Shown: positions 1-12,084, counted from the whole stretch's first letter. The stretch: DNA of 57,810 nt, filler included, from Porpidia crustulata (GCA_964255105.1; 5 parts of 5 records of this genome joined end to end with filler, not necessarily neighbours in it); one strand, 5' to 3'. Notes: generated from the sequence alone by a model not told the origin. Numbers and translations: made by a program.

Positions 1-146
1 CATTTAAGGCCCTTGCGCCGTTCGGCATTCTTGGCCATGGATTCCTCGGAACTGCAGTTCATGTTCATTTGGTTGAAGACTTCGCAGTAAACGTAGTCGA
101 TTACTTTGTGGTCGCAATCGTAGAAGGTTTCGATTCCGTGGCACAT
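1..146 (-). CDS. 5' part of a small Cys-rich hypothetical protein (runs off the window edge)
   Basis: ATG at 146 in ACCATG context; open reading MCHGIETFYDCDHKVIDYVYCEVFNQMNMNCSSEESMAKNAERRKGLK to position 1; MC-x6-Y-x-C-x-H start resembles small fungal Cys-rich proteins. Confidence 0.5.
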   Translation of the reverse strand, partial: MCHGIETFYDCDHKVIDYVYCEVFNQMNMNCSSEESMAKNAERRKGLK

Positions 147-1254
147 GGTTTGGTGGCTGGGAAGGTTGGTGATTTTGGGGGGGATGGGAGGTGGAGAGGA
201 CTTTGGGATGCGGTTTTGCGGTGGGTGTGGATGATTGTGGAAAAATCTGATTATGAATTTAATGGTTGTTTGAGGGAAAGAAGATTTTGTGGTGGATACT
301 TTTCTCGACGAGGTCTGTGAAGGTTATGTCGAATAATTGACAATTTACAAGAGACAAAGGGAGAAACCGCAGCTTTATATAATTTCAGAACAGTGAAGCG
401 AATTCGAGACAAAGAGTTATGAGGAAGATTGAACAACGACATGTGCAAAAGCCTGTAAAAGAAAACGAATAATGCGGAGATCTGCAGTTGTGGATTGGTT
501 GTGGAAGTGAATTGACATGGTGAAGTAAGAGTCGTGTTTGGACTGCCAGCCAGATTTCATCCTTAATCCTGATAGATTGATCATTAATGGCGCTGTTCAA
601 ATGGTCGAATGGTTTTCGTTTCAATACCCTGTTTACTGGGTGCTGAATATCCTGTATCAGCGCTCGATCGAACCGATATCGTTCATTAAATTCCAGTACT
701 TTAGAAACACAACAGCAAGTAACACAGGGGTGCAGAAAACACAATCTAAGAGTGGGTTCCAGACTAAGCTCAAGTCAACCATTTTCCCAACATCATGTCC
801 TTCATGGTAGATGCAGCATTCATAGTCCAAGCTCTCATACTTGCTTCACTCATTTCCCCAACATTTCCTCCGCTTTCTTTTCTTTAGTAGTAGCGAAGAG
901 AGGATTGATGTGGATTTCGCCGGGAACCGAGCAGTAGGCTTCTTGTATCCTCGCGCAAATCATAATGAGGGATTGGTAGAAGTAATTCAAGATCAAAGAC
1001 TTGTAAAGGATGGTAATGAAGGTCTAAAGAATGGCATTTGATATATTGAAAAGTATTCTAGGATATTATTTCGATTAGATAGCGACAGGATCTAAAGAGT
1101 GGATGTCAGAACTCCGCCTCATCGACTGTACCAACAACTTCAAATTTCGAAAAATTCATCCCAAAATCTTTATTCCCAAGCTAAAATCGAAAGTATAAAA
1201 CCGAAATTATTATTGCTGCAGCCTAAATTTTTGATCCAGCATATGCAGCGGCAT

Positions 1255-1950
1255 TCACCTCGTGGACTTGTGTCTTCTTTTGACTTGCTCCTTTCCCTTT
1301 GCTTTCTCAAATGTCTGAGCCTTTGATTTCGTTTCTTCGAGTTTCGTCTCCTTGCTTTTCAATATCTTGTATTGGACCACCTCCTGTATCGTCGTTACCT
1401 CGTATAACACTAGCTCTATCCCTCCCGTTTTCTCGTCTGCTGCCGTATTCTTGTCCGCTACCAGTCCCGGCAATGTTGCCGTCCATGTTGAACCTTCTGA
1501 ATGAAATTTCCCTTTTACGTTAATGGTTCTGTCCAACCCAGCCGACCAAGCTGCCATCTTTATGTTCACCACATCTCTCTCTATACGGCCATTGCCCTTA
1601 TCCAGCGCGACTGGAATCGAAAACCACCATGGGGGGTCGACCTCATCCGTCATCTTGACCTTCTTCTGGTAAGTGTTTACTGACCTATTCAGGTCCTCTA
1701 TGCTAACAATGATTGCGTCGACACACGCCCCACAAAGCTTCTCGACTTTAATGTGCTGCGTATCTTTTCTCGCTGCTTCGCGGCGGCACGATTCATGGTG
1801 TCTCGCTCCAGAGTAGGATGACACTAAGGTCGGTCGGGAACATGGGCAACCGTAATGCAAAATCTGATATTCGCACACCTTAATGGCTAGTCTGGGCTTT
1901 GGAGCTTGAGAGTCTGTTCTCGTGGCTAGTACGAGAGGAGGCGAAGGCAT
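1255..1950 (-). CDS. Hypothetical protein with C-x6-Y-x-C ... CxxC motif and Lys-rich C-terminus
   Basis: Long open frame (ORF 1255..1968, first ATG near 1950) containing CEYQILHYGCPC and LCGAC; no family recognised. Confidence 0.45.
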   Translation of the reverse strand: MPSPPLVLATRTDSQAPKPRLAIKVCEYQILHYGCPCSRPTLVSSYSGARHHESCRREAARKDTQHIKVEKLCGACVDAIIVSIEDLNRSVNTYQKKVKMTDEVDPPWWFSIPVALDKGNGRIERDVVNIKMAAWSAGLDRTINVKGKFHSEGSTWTATLPGLVADKNTAADEKTGGIELVLYEVTTIQEVVQYKILKSKETKLEETKSKAQTFEKAKGKEQVKRRHKSTR

Positions 1951-3466
1951 CTGGACTTCGTAGCTCAATCAAGAGAGATTATTGCGGCTTGAGAGATTTG
2001 TTGGTGAGAGAGCCTTGGCTTGGTGGGATTTTCCTAATAAAGTGGAAGATGATGTTTCTGCTGTACGGAGATACATAATGGATTGTTGTAGGTTTATATA
2101 GATAGAAAGCGTTCGATTTGTGAGCACAGGCTTCACGCCCTTCTCTACTAGTATGCGCATCGTGCAGGTAATTGAATGATACTTGTGCAACGTCTTCCCG
2201 ATGAAGAAAATCCAACAATGCGGAAACAGAAAGTGAACAATATTGAAGGCGGAGTCTCTGCTCATTACCATGCCCAGTGAATTCTCTAGGCTAAGGCTGG
2301 TGATCTTGAACCGCATGTTAGATGTTTTCGAAATTCACAGAGAATCACACAACCAGCCTCCACTTAGACAGCTTCTGAAATACTCGACCGTACCGAACCT
2401 GATAGCTTTGCTCGTATATCGAAGCTTCGTCGTCAGGATTGATGATAATCTTGATCATAGAATCACTTTCCACTCCCATTTTCCGCCTCTGTTTATTAGC
2501 CCATCAGCCTGAATCATCCCTTCCATTCCATCATCAATTGCTAGGTCCGTGACCTGATCCATAAAACTTGCTATCAAAATCCGAGATCAAAATCCGAATT
2601 TCATTGTACTCGGGGGTTTGCCGTCGTGTGTAATAGTCCACAGTGGCTTGCTGCTGTCGCTTTTCACGGTCCGAAGTGTATCCTCGCTGCCGTTCCAGAT
2701 AGAGCGCGCATTTGCCGGGCATCGATACGGAGACTATGGCTTTGCGCTCCATTTCCTTGCGCGAGAGGCAGCAACGCTTGGAGGGTTGAGGCCAGTTTTG
2801 CTGTGCTCGATCGCACCTTCCTGTATCGTACTAAATGTGATTGCAGTCCCAGACTTGACTGATACAGCAGCACATATTCGCGGCTAATAAAATATGATAG
2901 CTAAAAAAGTTCTAAGTCGATCTAAGTCGATAAGGCTCTGATATTGGTTGATCCATGAGTAAAATAGTGAGTGTTATGGAGGATTTGTAGAATTGGCGCG
3001 GGATGATACACGAAGTTACATAGGCACAACAAGGCAACAGGAAACTGCATCCAATATTTTCAGCTGCGGGTACTTGCATCATGTAGAATAATAGCGAATA
3101 AAGACAGAAAGTATCGAGTCAAAGGCTCAAGATTATCTGAGTGTGATTCGCAAAGATGTGAGGCTCCAGTGATGCAGCGGATTCAGAATATACGTAGAAA
3201 CAGGCTCTAAATCCAGGTTCAAGGTTCTCGCAAGTCCTCCAAGATCTGGAGATCCTATCATTGTTTCTATGAATGCTCGAAAAAAGATTAAAGAGGGATT
3301 ATTGAATCAGGCGCGGAGCAGGCAGCCAGCGAATTAGGCAATATGAATGTACCAAGTTACCCACATCTGCAGCCAAGTGAATCACTGAAGCCTTACCACT
3401 TCCACTCAAGGTGAAGCCTTCCAGCGGCATTCGTGATCCAAATGACTTTCAAAAAGCACTCCGGCT

Positions 3467-4837
3467 TCACCGAATGATTTCCTTTATTGCAAAAGCCGAG
3501 AAATCCGACCAAGTGTACCAGCCTGTTCCGAAAATGCCTTGCATAATGCTAATTGGAAGTGGATATACGTGCCAGTATCCAAGCTCTCGAAATGGAATCG
3601 TTAAGATTGGTAGTATCGTGGCAGACCATGTGGCAACCCAGAAGATTGTGAGCGCTTTTCCCACGGAGGACTTCGAGAAACTTGGTGCTATACGCCGAAA
3701 AATTCTCGCTACAAGAACTTCAGCACCGATGGCTGGTATCTGAGCCCAGAAAAATCCAGCAATGCGCAATCTCATCTCATTAGCAGAAACCTTCGTGTTG
3801 AGTGGCTCTGGCGGCACGAGTCCCATATGCATCACTCCCGAAAAGAAGAACGCGGAAGTAGTAAGGAGTGCATAGCCTAGTAAGCTGGAAGTCGAAATTC
3901 CAGAAGCATGGGTCAGGGAGTACGCTGGCGTAGATGCAAGATATCTGTGCATCTGATGCCACCGGGAGCCCCAGAGTCCTCGGACCCCACGATCCATGAC
4001 TGCCGAGAAGGAACCGAATAGTGCGGGCCAGGAGTGCGGAGTCCAATCGTCTGGCAAGATTTTGGTAGCATTGAGCGCGATAGCTGGGAGAGTAGGTATG
4101 AGGAACATGAGGGTCAACAACGCATAAAGCTGGCTACCAAGAACGGAGACTCGGATGATTCGCGAGAGCAGCATTCTGAGTAATTCTGGAACTTCCAATA
4201 TCGAAGAGCTTATCCCTGGAATTGGAGTATCAATGCTCATACAAGAGTGGAAGAAGTACGGATCGGTCTGTGCATAGAAAGAGGCAATATCTAGGATGAT
4301 GTAGCATTGGAGGATATCGGCAAGTGTGTTTCTCAAAAATACGCTTCGACTTGTTAGGCTGGAAGGTTGTGCTTTATCATGAGATTCTCGTCCGATTTTC
4401 CAATTGGATAAACGTAGAGAAATCATCAAGGTGAACACCCAGGAAAGCCTCTGTGAGAATTTGGATGGGTATGGTTCCTCCCAAGTAGTTTCGGTATCAT
4501 CCACCATGGGTTTAGCACGTCGTCTCAACTTATCGCGGTCTCGATGGACTCTTCGAAAAGTCCTCCTAGGATCTTCACAAGCTAGCAATACAAGACCCAT
4601 AAGAGCGACATTCACAGACATAACATCCAGGCCACCTATCCTGATCCAGGAGTGCACTAGACAAGCATAGATCGATGGCAAAAATAGCGAGCATAGCTGC
4701 CAACGAGAGAGGGTAGAGGGCGGGATGAGCAGAGCTGTGGGCAATAACAAGACTGCAATGAAGTAGGAGATGCTTTGAGGACCTGGTACGATGTGAGAAG
4801 TCAAATGCTGATAGAACGCAAGAGCCGAAGACACCAT
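3467..4837 (-). CDS. Membrane-bound O-acyltransferase (MBOAT_2 / wax-synthase-like, Tri7-type)
   Basis: 456-aa multi-TM ORF with WPALFGS..VRGLWGSRWHQ and AFFFSGVMH (putative catalytic His) motifs. Confidence 0.85.
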   Translation of the reverse strand: MVSSALAFYQHLTSHIVPGPQSISYFIAVLLLPTALLIPPSTLSRWQLCSLFLPSIYACLVHSWIRIGGLDVMSVNVALMGLVLLACEDPRRTFRRVHRDRDKLRRRAKPMVDDTETTWEEPYPSKFSQRLSWVFTLMISLRLSNWKIGRESHDKAQPSSLTSRSVFLRNTLADILQCYIILDIASFYAQTDPYFFHSCMSIDTPIPGISSSILEVPELLRMLLSRIIRVSVLGSQLYALLTLMFLIPTLPAIALNATKILPDDWTPHSWPALFGSFSAVMDRGVRGLWGSRWHQMHRYLASTPAYSLTHASGISTSSLLGYALLTTSAFFFSGVMHMGLVPPEPLNTKVSANEMRLRIAGFFWAQIPAIGAEVLVARIFRRIAPSFSKSSVGKALTIFWVATWSATILPILTIPFRELGYWHVYPLPISIMQGIFGTGWYTWSDFSAFAIKEIIR

Positions 4838-5223
4838 GCTATGCAGTAAAGCAACGATTGAGAGGAGACGCTGTTGATGTTAATCTCTGGCATGAAACAA
4901 CGACTCGCCAAGTAGAGTAGTGGCCGTGGTGGTATTCATGCGATGACGTCATAGATTCTCGGGTATCCGGTCTGCTGTTCAAGGTCTCTTTAGGCCACGG
5001 GCGTTCTATCTAGTAACAATTCTATGGACTTGTAGAAATCGAAGCTTGTGTCTCATATGCTCTAATATGCAGAACTTCCGTTGCTATGTAAAATCTTTGG
5101 GTATCGAGATTGTCAGAAGTCTATTGATATCTGCTTGTCTACCCAGCGCAAGCTTATCGGATCGCCACCGAATCGTTCCGGTATTCTAGTACGTGGATAG
5201 AGCTTTGGGCGAGACAGTATTCC

Positions 5224-5754
5224 TTAAGCCATAGTAACCATCTCTTTGCCAGGCGTGAACGTCGTATGCCTCACCAGCACCTTGAAAATCCTTTTCGGTC
5301 CAATCAAAGAATAACCCCCGAATTTCCACCCTCCCGCCACACATTCCAACACGATTCCCTGTGCCTGCCCCACAAAGGAGAATATGGAAAACGTGTCCGT
5401 ACCTTCGGCGTTCATCGGCGGTATAGGACCCTTGTATACCCCAATCTCAATGGTGCATGTACCTTCGACCCATGAGGCAGCCTGAGTTTGGGTGCCTGTG
5501 ACGGACCAGGTTTTGCTCCTCATGAGGTCGGGGGACCGGAGGATTCGGTCGACGGCGCTGACACAGTCGGCATGGACCGGGAAGGGGAAGAGCCGGGGCA
5601 GGTCCAAGCAGTGGATTGCACGATTCTGCGCCGGGATGGTTGCGTTGAATAGCAAAGATGGTGGTTCAGGATAAGGACGTGATGGGATAGCGAGGACTGT
5701 GCTGGAAATTATGAGCGTCAATTCGAAGGAAAGGATCAGTATTGAGATGATCAT
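5224..5754 (-). CDS. Small secreted Cys-containing protein (effector-like)
   Basis: 176 aa, hydrophobic N-terminal signal (MIISILILSFELTLIISSTVLA), four spaced Cys (HC, DC, GTC, LEC), C-terminal GG..IG. Confidence 0.7.
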   Translation of the reverse strand: MIISILILSFELTLIISSTVLAIPSRPYPEPPSLLFNATIPAQNRAIHCLDLPRLFPFPVHADCVSAVDRILRSPDLMRSKTWSVTGTQTQAASWVEGTCTIEIGVYKGPIPPMNAEGTDTFSIFSFVGQAQGIVLECVAGGWKFGGYSLIGPKRIFKVLVRHTTFTPGKEMVTMA

Positions 5755-6705
5755 TGTGAATTAGAGTTAACTAGGCTCTCGATCTTGGCGATGAGATCTT
5801 TATTTTATCGTACTGAAGAGGTCGTAGCAAGCTCGGGAACATGGATGAAGCTGCGCGCTTTCAACTTGTCGCATATTGGATATACTCGGATGTTGTGAAA
5901 ATCCCGCGTTAGGAGTATAAACGTCGTAGAAGCGACTGCAAGCATCCGGCGCGCATGTAGTGAAGATATTCCAAGAAACTTTTCGTTGGCATAAACTTGA
6001 ATAGTTGGATGAGCATGTGCTTATGCAGTCGTACCAAGCTCTTGTGGAGATGTAGAGAGACAAGCGCATTGCGTCATCGCATAGATTTGCACGTATAGAT
6101 ATGCAATCACTTTGAATATAATTGCCAGCGAATTGATCACAATTTGACGTGATTCATCTGTAAGAGATCAGCCTAATTATGTAACGACTTTTGCTTGACG
6201 CCATTATTTTTTGAATGTATGAACGCTCGTAATAGCGAAATCATCTGGCGGTATTCTTGCGTACATATCAATTTGCCATGTCCAATGTTCATTTTTGAAT
6301 AATGCTAGACCTCGAAGTGCAAAGCTACTGAAATTCAGATAGCATGGAGATAACGTTGTCCGGGTCCCTCGACAATTATTTCTTCATTGCAAACGTTCGT
6401 CACTGGCTTTTCTCCTGACGTATATCTCATTAATAACCCATTGATCTCAGAAGGGCACAGAACTCACATTCCACTATTCGCTATCAGCTTCATACTTGCT
6501 CTTGTACAGTGCTAGTAGGCTCACCATTTCCAAATCGCTAGCGGGATTACTCGTCTTTCTCAGCATGATTGGAATGACTCTGACTCGAACATGAGCTTGT
6601 TTTCGGTACCATCGCCAACAAGAGCGAAGTGCTACAGGATTCAGCCCTGGGTGGGTGGCTTAACCTTGTCAGGCTCAGGTACCCGCCGCGATATGTGCGG
6701 CTAGC

Positions 6706-8388
6706 TCAGCTTGGCATGGCAGGTTCAGTCGAATCATGCTCATCGTCGAATAGATAGATTCTAAATTGTTGAGTGGCAACTTTCCTCTGAAATAGTAAGT
6801 CCAGCTCCTCAAAGGTACGACCTTTCGTTTCTGGGAGAGCCAAGAAGCACCAGGCAACACAGGGTAACGCTGTTCCAAAGAAAATGAATGCGATTTTGCC
6901 GCGTAAATTGCCTTGGTCTGGGTTGATAGCATATGGTATTCCTACGGCGCATGCCATATTAGCCAGAGCATTGGTTGCTGTAGCAAGAGCGATAGTCTTC
7001 CCCCGGAGCTTGGCTGAGGATGTTTCACAAAGTATGACGAAGCAGAGTGGTCCGATGGTCAGATCGTAGAAGAAATTGTAAGCCACCATTAACGAAGCTT
7101 GGCCATTTATTATACTTGGCGAGGAGCTGTAATGTGGGAGAACGTCAAGGACCCCAATGAGGAGTAGGATAAGTGTCAAGACCATAAGCCCATTGTTATA
7201 TATTGTTCTTCTTCCGTATCGAGTAATGAGAGGCCAAGAGAGGCAAGTGCCAACGAAGCCGACGACGAGTACGCCTACTCCAAGGTTAAATGCAACATTG
7301 GTAGCCAAGCCGGCGAGTTCGAAGAAATATACAGCATAGCCAATGACGTAGCTATTCCCGGCCAGCACCTGTGTGGCGTAGACCATACTAGATATGATGC
7401 TTCGACGAAGGTCGGTACCCTTGAAACAGTCTACAAAACTGTTTGATTCGGACTCCGCTAATTCAAGCCTTGTGGTTAATTGTATATTGGCCAAGAGATT
7501 ATTAGTATCGACCGAACGATCTGTCAATCGTCTAAGTGCTCTGTCGGCTTTTGCGACTTGACCCTGACGAACCAACCACCAGGGGCTTTCAGGACAGAAA
7601 GGCAAAGCAACAAGTATAGCAAGAGGAAAGATCCATTGGCAGGCAAAGGGGATATCGTACGCCCATCTATCATTCCGCGACTGCGTGCCAGCTAGCACTC
7701 CACTTGCAATTAGTTGCCCAATAACAAAAGAAAGATTGACGAAAGCTGCAGCTATCCCTCGAAACACAACCGGCGTCACTTCTGAGATGTACGTGGGTGC
7801 AATCACGGGATAGGCTCCGAGTACGATTCCATTGATTAGCTCCGCGACCAGTAGTTGAGGCTTCTTTTGCGCTGAGAATTGGACAGCAACAGCAAGGCAA
7901 GAAATTATACAACAAACAGCAAGCGTCCACCTCCGCCCGATTCGTTCCAGAGGATATCCAGCACAAAAGGAACCAACCACTTGGCCGACCGGAACTCCCA
8001 AATTAAACGCCGACTGCCACTTGGCAGGGATGAGGTAAGAACCGTTGAAAGGATCACCAAAATCTTTCTGGAACTGAGGGATGGCCGCCAGCGTTGATAT
8101 GATTTGAGGATCAAACCCAGCCATGATTACTCCAAGGCTGAATAGCAAAGACCAACCGATGGCAGGCCGATAAAGTCTGAAAGCATCTTTGACTGTCAAA
8201 GTATGCTCAGTCCGTGTCGCGTCTCTGGCTCGCTCAATTGTGACGATTTGATCTATCCTATCCGCGACCTCTGATTCGATCCCCAGGCGGCTATCATATT
8301 TATCCATCCTATGTCTAGCACTGGGCAATAATGGAGTAACGGACGATGAGAGAGGAGAATGGGAGCAGTCTTCAGTACGAAAAGACAT
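6706..8388 (-). CDS. MFS sugar porter, maltose/alpha-glucoside permease-like
   Basis: Intronless ORF of about 560 aa from ATG 8388; ERIGRR, TYISE, PESPWWL, RYGRR and PETKGRTFEELD sugar-porter signatures. Confidence 0.92.
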   Translation of the reverse strand: MSFRTEDCSHSPLSSSVTPLLPSARHRMDKYDSRLGIESEVADRIDQIVTIERARDATRTEHTLTVKDAFRLYRPAIGWSLLFSLGVIMAGFDPQIISTLAAIPQFQKDFGDPFNGSYLIPAKWQSAFNLGVPVGQVVGSFCAGYPLERIGRRWTLAVCCIISCLAVAVQFSAQKKPQLLVAELINGIVLGAYPVIAPTYISEVTPVVFRGIAAAFVNLSFVIGQLIASGVLAGTQSRNDRWAYDIPFACQWIFPLAILVALPFCPESPWWLVRQGQVAKADRALRRLTDRSVDTNNLLANIQLTTRLELAESESNSFVDCFKGTDLRRSIISSMVYATQVLAGNSYVIGYAVYFFELAGLATNVAFNLGVGVLVVGFVGTCLSWPLITRYGRRTIYNNGLMVLTLILLLIGVLDVLPHYSSSPSIINGQASLMVAYNFFYDLTIGPLCFVILCETSSAKLRGKTIALATATNALANMACAVGIPYAINPDQGNLRGKIAFIFFGTALPCVAWCFLALPETKGRTFEELDLLFQRKVATQQFRIYLFDDEHDSTEPAMPS

Positions 8389-9919
8389 CTTTGAAATCGC
8401 CGCAGATAAGGAACCCTGCAGGGCGGGGATGTGCAAGTGACCTCATGCATAACTGTGCACTTAGCAATTAGATCAATATTCTATCACCCGCAGAGCTAGA
8501 AGAAAGTAAAAGAACATTGACAAGGTCAGTGATGCTCTCCACATATGGTTGTCGTGGGCTGGGAGTATGGTGCTTGAAAGGTAGGGAATCTAATCAGGTC
8601 CCCCGGTTTCTAAACGTATGGAATTTGAGTCTCTGAGGTGCCCAACAATGCTAAGTGCTGAAAGATGAGGGACTTGAGTAAGTGGATGGTTGGGCCATTG
8701 CTTTTCTAGACAAAAGAAGTCGCCCCATTTCCCATTCAGAGATGTAGCTCCTTCGCTAGGCCTACTTGGAGCTAGCGTCGTATCCTGTGCCTGGAATCAA
8801 CTTCTACAACGACGAGCAAGAGGAACCTTAACAAGTTTCTCCCATCGGCACAGTCAATCTACGCCTCACAGATACGAGTATGAGCCCAGTCAATTGATAT
8901 AGCAAAAGAACCGAGGTCCTCTATCATCCTTCTTCGATTAGAATTCGAGCTGTACGATTTGAATAGGTTTTTTCGTTGTATTCGCTTAGGAGATCCTACC
9001 GGTCTCTGGGATACGCTTATGAGGTATCTGCGATGTCTAATTCCTGGCTGGTTAGACTCAAAGTCTGGCTTTTTCACAGGTAGCTACACTGCTCAACAGT
9101 TCTTGACCGAAGACGAAAAAATCACTTTTTCTGATGTGCTTGGGAGCATGCAAAGAGTTGAGGAAGCCACATGAAGGCGTCTGAAAACGCCTGTCCGCCT
9201 GAAATCGAAAGGCTAGTCATACTCGGAGTAACGTTTAGACGAAGTAAGAAAATTCGATTTAGCCACTAGCAGAAGCTAGAATATTCACAGCTCTCTCTTA
9301 CACGTCAACTTCTTATGTATTTAACTGGGTATTTGTTCCAGGCCAGTGCAAATGATGCTATTTTGTTCAAAATTTCTACTCATACCGGAGCAGCACTTTC
9401 AGCTGAAAAAATCCATTTGGAGTTTAGATATCTACTCTAAATGCTCAGCGTCCAAACCTGAATTGAAGTATCCTATTTGAGAATATGCAAACTTAATTGA
9501 ATTGATCAGACTTTTAATGAATAGTGCATGATGCTGGCATACAGACTTGAAGCATTCGATGAGAAATGAATGAATTAAGTCTTGGAATCACGCTATGAAA
9601 TCAACTTCATCGGCCGAGGGGTCTGCGAATATAGAAGTGGTAGGTTCTACATCGTCGAATATGCGAGCTAGGCTATCCTTGGGCTCCAGAGCGGAATTGA
9701 TACTTCACTTCACCTATGAGTGAGTCCCTTTCGTGGGTGTCCAATCCATACTCATGATGAGAAGGCATTAGTGAAAGCGCAGCGTGCTGATACTTTCTCT
9801 ATGGATGATGGAAGGGGCTAGAAAATGAAGGTGGGGCATTGTAAGGTGATATTCCACCAAGAGCGACTAACACCTTCCTTTCCAACCGCACAAAGAAGGC
9901 CAACATCGTCGTACTTAGC

Positions 9920-10550
9920 ATGCCTCTATATCAAGTTGAACACATCAAATACCTGACAAGTCATCAAAAAGACGACTTAGCGCATGCGATCACTGAAATC
10001 CATTGCCAGCTATTCACCACGCCCTCATTCTTCGTAAATGTGGCCTTTATAGATGTTGGAAAGCAAGACTTCTATGTTGGAGGGAAGAAGGTAAGGAAGA
10101 ACAGGACATGATTCCAGTCCCGCCATTGCGTGGGTTCTTTGCTCATGCTTAGCCAGAGGGCTTCCAATCGTATCATTGCCAATGTCAGACCTGGGGGAGG
10201 GAGGTCAGCCAAGGAATTTGACAAGCTTTGCCAATCCCTGATTGAAGCTTGGGATCGTGTTATAAATGGAGGTAATAGGGGTAGTGGCGATATGGAGTTG
10301 CGCACTGTCTTCGTGCACGACAATATTGTTTCCGGTAGTGAGGCGGGCTTCATTATACCACGGGTGGGTTTTCTGCAGGATACTCTTTGGCTTCAAATTT
10401 GTGAGCTGACTGCTGGATGATCAATAGGCAGGCGAAGACAAGACGTGGCTCAAGGAGAACATGACCGCATTCAAGAAGAAAGCTGATGCTGGAGATGCGG
10501 ATTTCAAGCACCTTTTGGAGGAAATGGAAACCAGAGAGGACTTGCAATAG
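9920..10550 (+). CDS. Tautomerase-superfamily protein (cis-CaaD-like / Tautomerase_3), 166 aa
   Basis: Exons 9920-10090, 10157-10363, 10428-10550 joined by GT-AG introns; MPLY start (Pro-1 after Met removal), LAHAITEIH..FTTPSFFVNV, GSEAGFIIPRAGEDKTWL. Confidence 0.85.
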
Positions 10551-11503
10551 CTTTAGTAATTATTTTGTACTTTGGCCAATTATGAATAAATTGAATCAGG
10601 TATTCAAAATCTGGCTGGTGCCAGATTTATTTCCTATGGCTCTGGTGTGGCTTCGTGAGACACCAATGTGTCTCATTGCGCCTACCCAGCTATAACGGCG
10701 GCAGCGAAAACTGGGGGAAGCCATGGGAGCCCTTAGTCCCCATGGAGAATGACACTTTGCGCAAGAGGATGATTGGGATACGATATGGATTGTGAGCAAG
10801 TAGAGAAGTACTTGTGTCAAGGACTTGGATGGCGCTAGTGATGAGCCTTTTACTTCCCAATAAGACACACTTATTTTAAGGCCGCAATCGAGCATGAATT
10901 TTTCAGATCCTAGGAGTTTGCAATCTTTCATAGTGTCGCAGGAACTGAAGCATGCAAACCTCGCGAAGCCTAAAAGCCCTACGCCACCAATCCAGGCGTC
11001 CCAGGCTGACATGGTTGGCCGATGGGGCTGAAGCAACAACATACGTGTGATGCACCATGTCAATCTTCTTGCACTCATCTGGTTTTCCCAAGTGACTATT
11101 CTCACCGCACTATATCGATTTCCCAGTATGAGCTCTCCCAATGAGACCACTGGTGGTCTATCTCCCGCACAACGGCTCGCTTCGGTCCCCCAGAGGTGAT
11201 ACCCCGACACAACCGGTGGTCTACCTCCAAAGATCCAACTTACCTCGAAACCAAGGAGGAAATCTGCCGAGCTTAGAGGCGACCCACAAACGCCAACACC
11301 GCCGCTGTCCGCCGAGCAGCTCGCGCAGATCCCCAACCTGATATACGAGCAAAGACCCTTCACTGACCACAAGGGCAATGGCGGTTTGACCATCTTCCGC
11401 TCCCAGGTCAAGAAAGACCGTGAGTATTTCCCAATCCCTCAATCCCCTTACCAAAGATCGAAGAGAGAATATCACCAACTGACGCGGATCCCCACCGTAA
11501 CAG

Positions 11504-11603
11504 NNNNNNNNNNNNNNNNNNNNNNNNNNNNNNNNNNNNNNNNNNNNTTAATTAATTAANNNNNNNNNNNNNNNNNNNNNNNNNNNNNNNNNNNNNNNNN
11601 NNN
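11504..11603. other. Artificial contig spacer (N44-TTAATTAATTAA-N44)
   Basis: 100-nt N run with a six-frame-stop linker at 11548-11559. Confidence 0.97.
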
Positions 11604-12084
11604 ATCACAACGCCCATGCCTATGGTTGCCTGGGAGAGCTTGCATTTACTCTCGGTGCCGGCTTCAAAAGCTGCGCAGCCTTTCTTGTGGTCTTTGTTGT
11701 CCTTATTTGCTTCGCCGTTGCTAATGCCAGTATTGGTGTATACTGCTACGCCGATAAAGGCCGCAAACCACAGGATTGTGAAAAGGACATCGAGAACCGC
11801 AAAAGCGTAAGGGTTAGCGAAGCGCTTAGTTCGTTGAAATATCGGTATGGCCGCTTGGTAGATGAGGACTGGTATACTAAACCAGCACTGCCCAGGATCA
11901 GCCTTGAAGCGACCATTAAACCCTCAACACTTACCAACGCGAAGAAGTATTTCGTTCGACCATCGCTGGGACCTGACTTGACCAGTATTGCAATAGTCAA
12001 AGCCCATGCCAGAAAGATTATGAGACCTTGAAGCCCGTGGAGGGCGTTCTTGCCCTTTTGGAGGTAATTGTAAGGGAGCTGCAT
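11604..12084 (-). CDS. MARVEL-like multi-pass membrane protein, 3' end truncated by contig end
   Basis: Exon 12084-11935, intron 11934-11888 (GTAAGT..CAG), exon 2 reads CWFSIPVLIYQAAIP..RFANPYAFAVLDVLFTILWFAAFIGVAVY..GC..KCKLSQATIGMGVV open to the gap. Confidence 0.75.

Noticed and set aside
385..963. Third Cys-motif paralogue (MICARIQEAYC...)
   Set aside because: The frame closes after 37 codons and downstream Cys-rich pieces are in other frames, so no coherent model
8690..9500. Possible gene remnant (RFFRCIRLGDPTGLWDTLMRYL...)
   Set aside because: Short fragments with stops and no recognisable family
10596..11503. 271-aa minus-strand ORF and a short internal duplication (ggtggtcta.ctcc at about 11152 and 11215)
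   Set aside because: No ATG start, no motifs and atypical composition; the plus-strand alternative has an early stop and runs into the contig end
11548..11559. TTAATTAATTAA as a biological repeat or regulatory palindrome
   Set aside because: Identical in all four N-gaps; it is a six-frame-stop assembly linker
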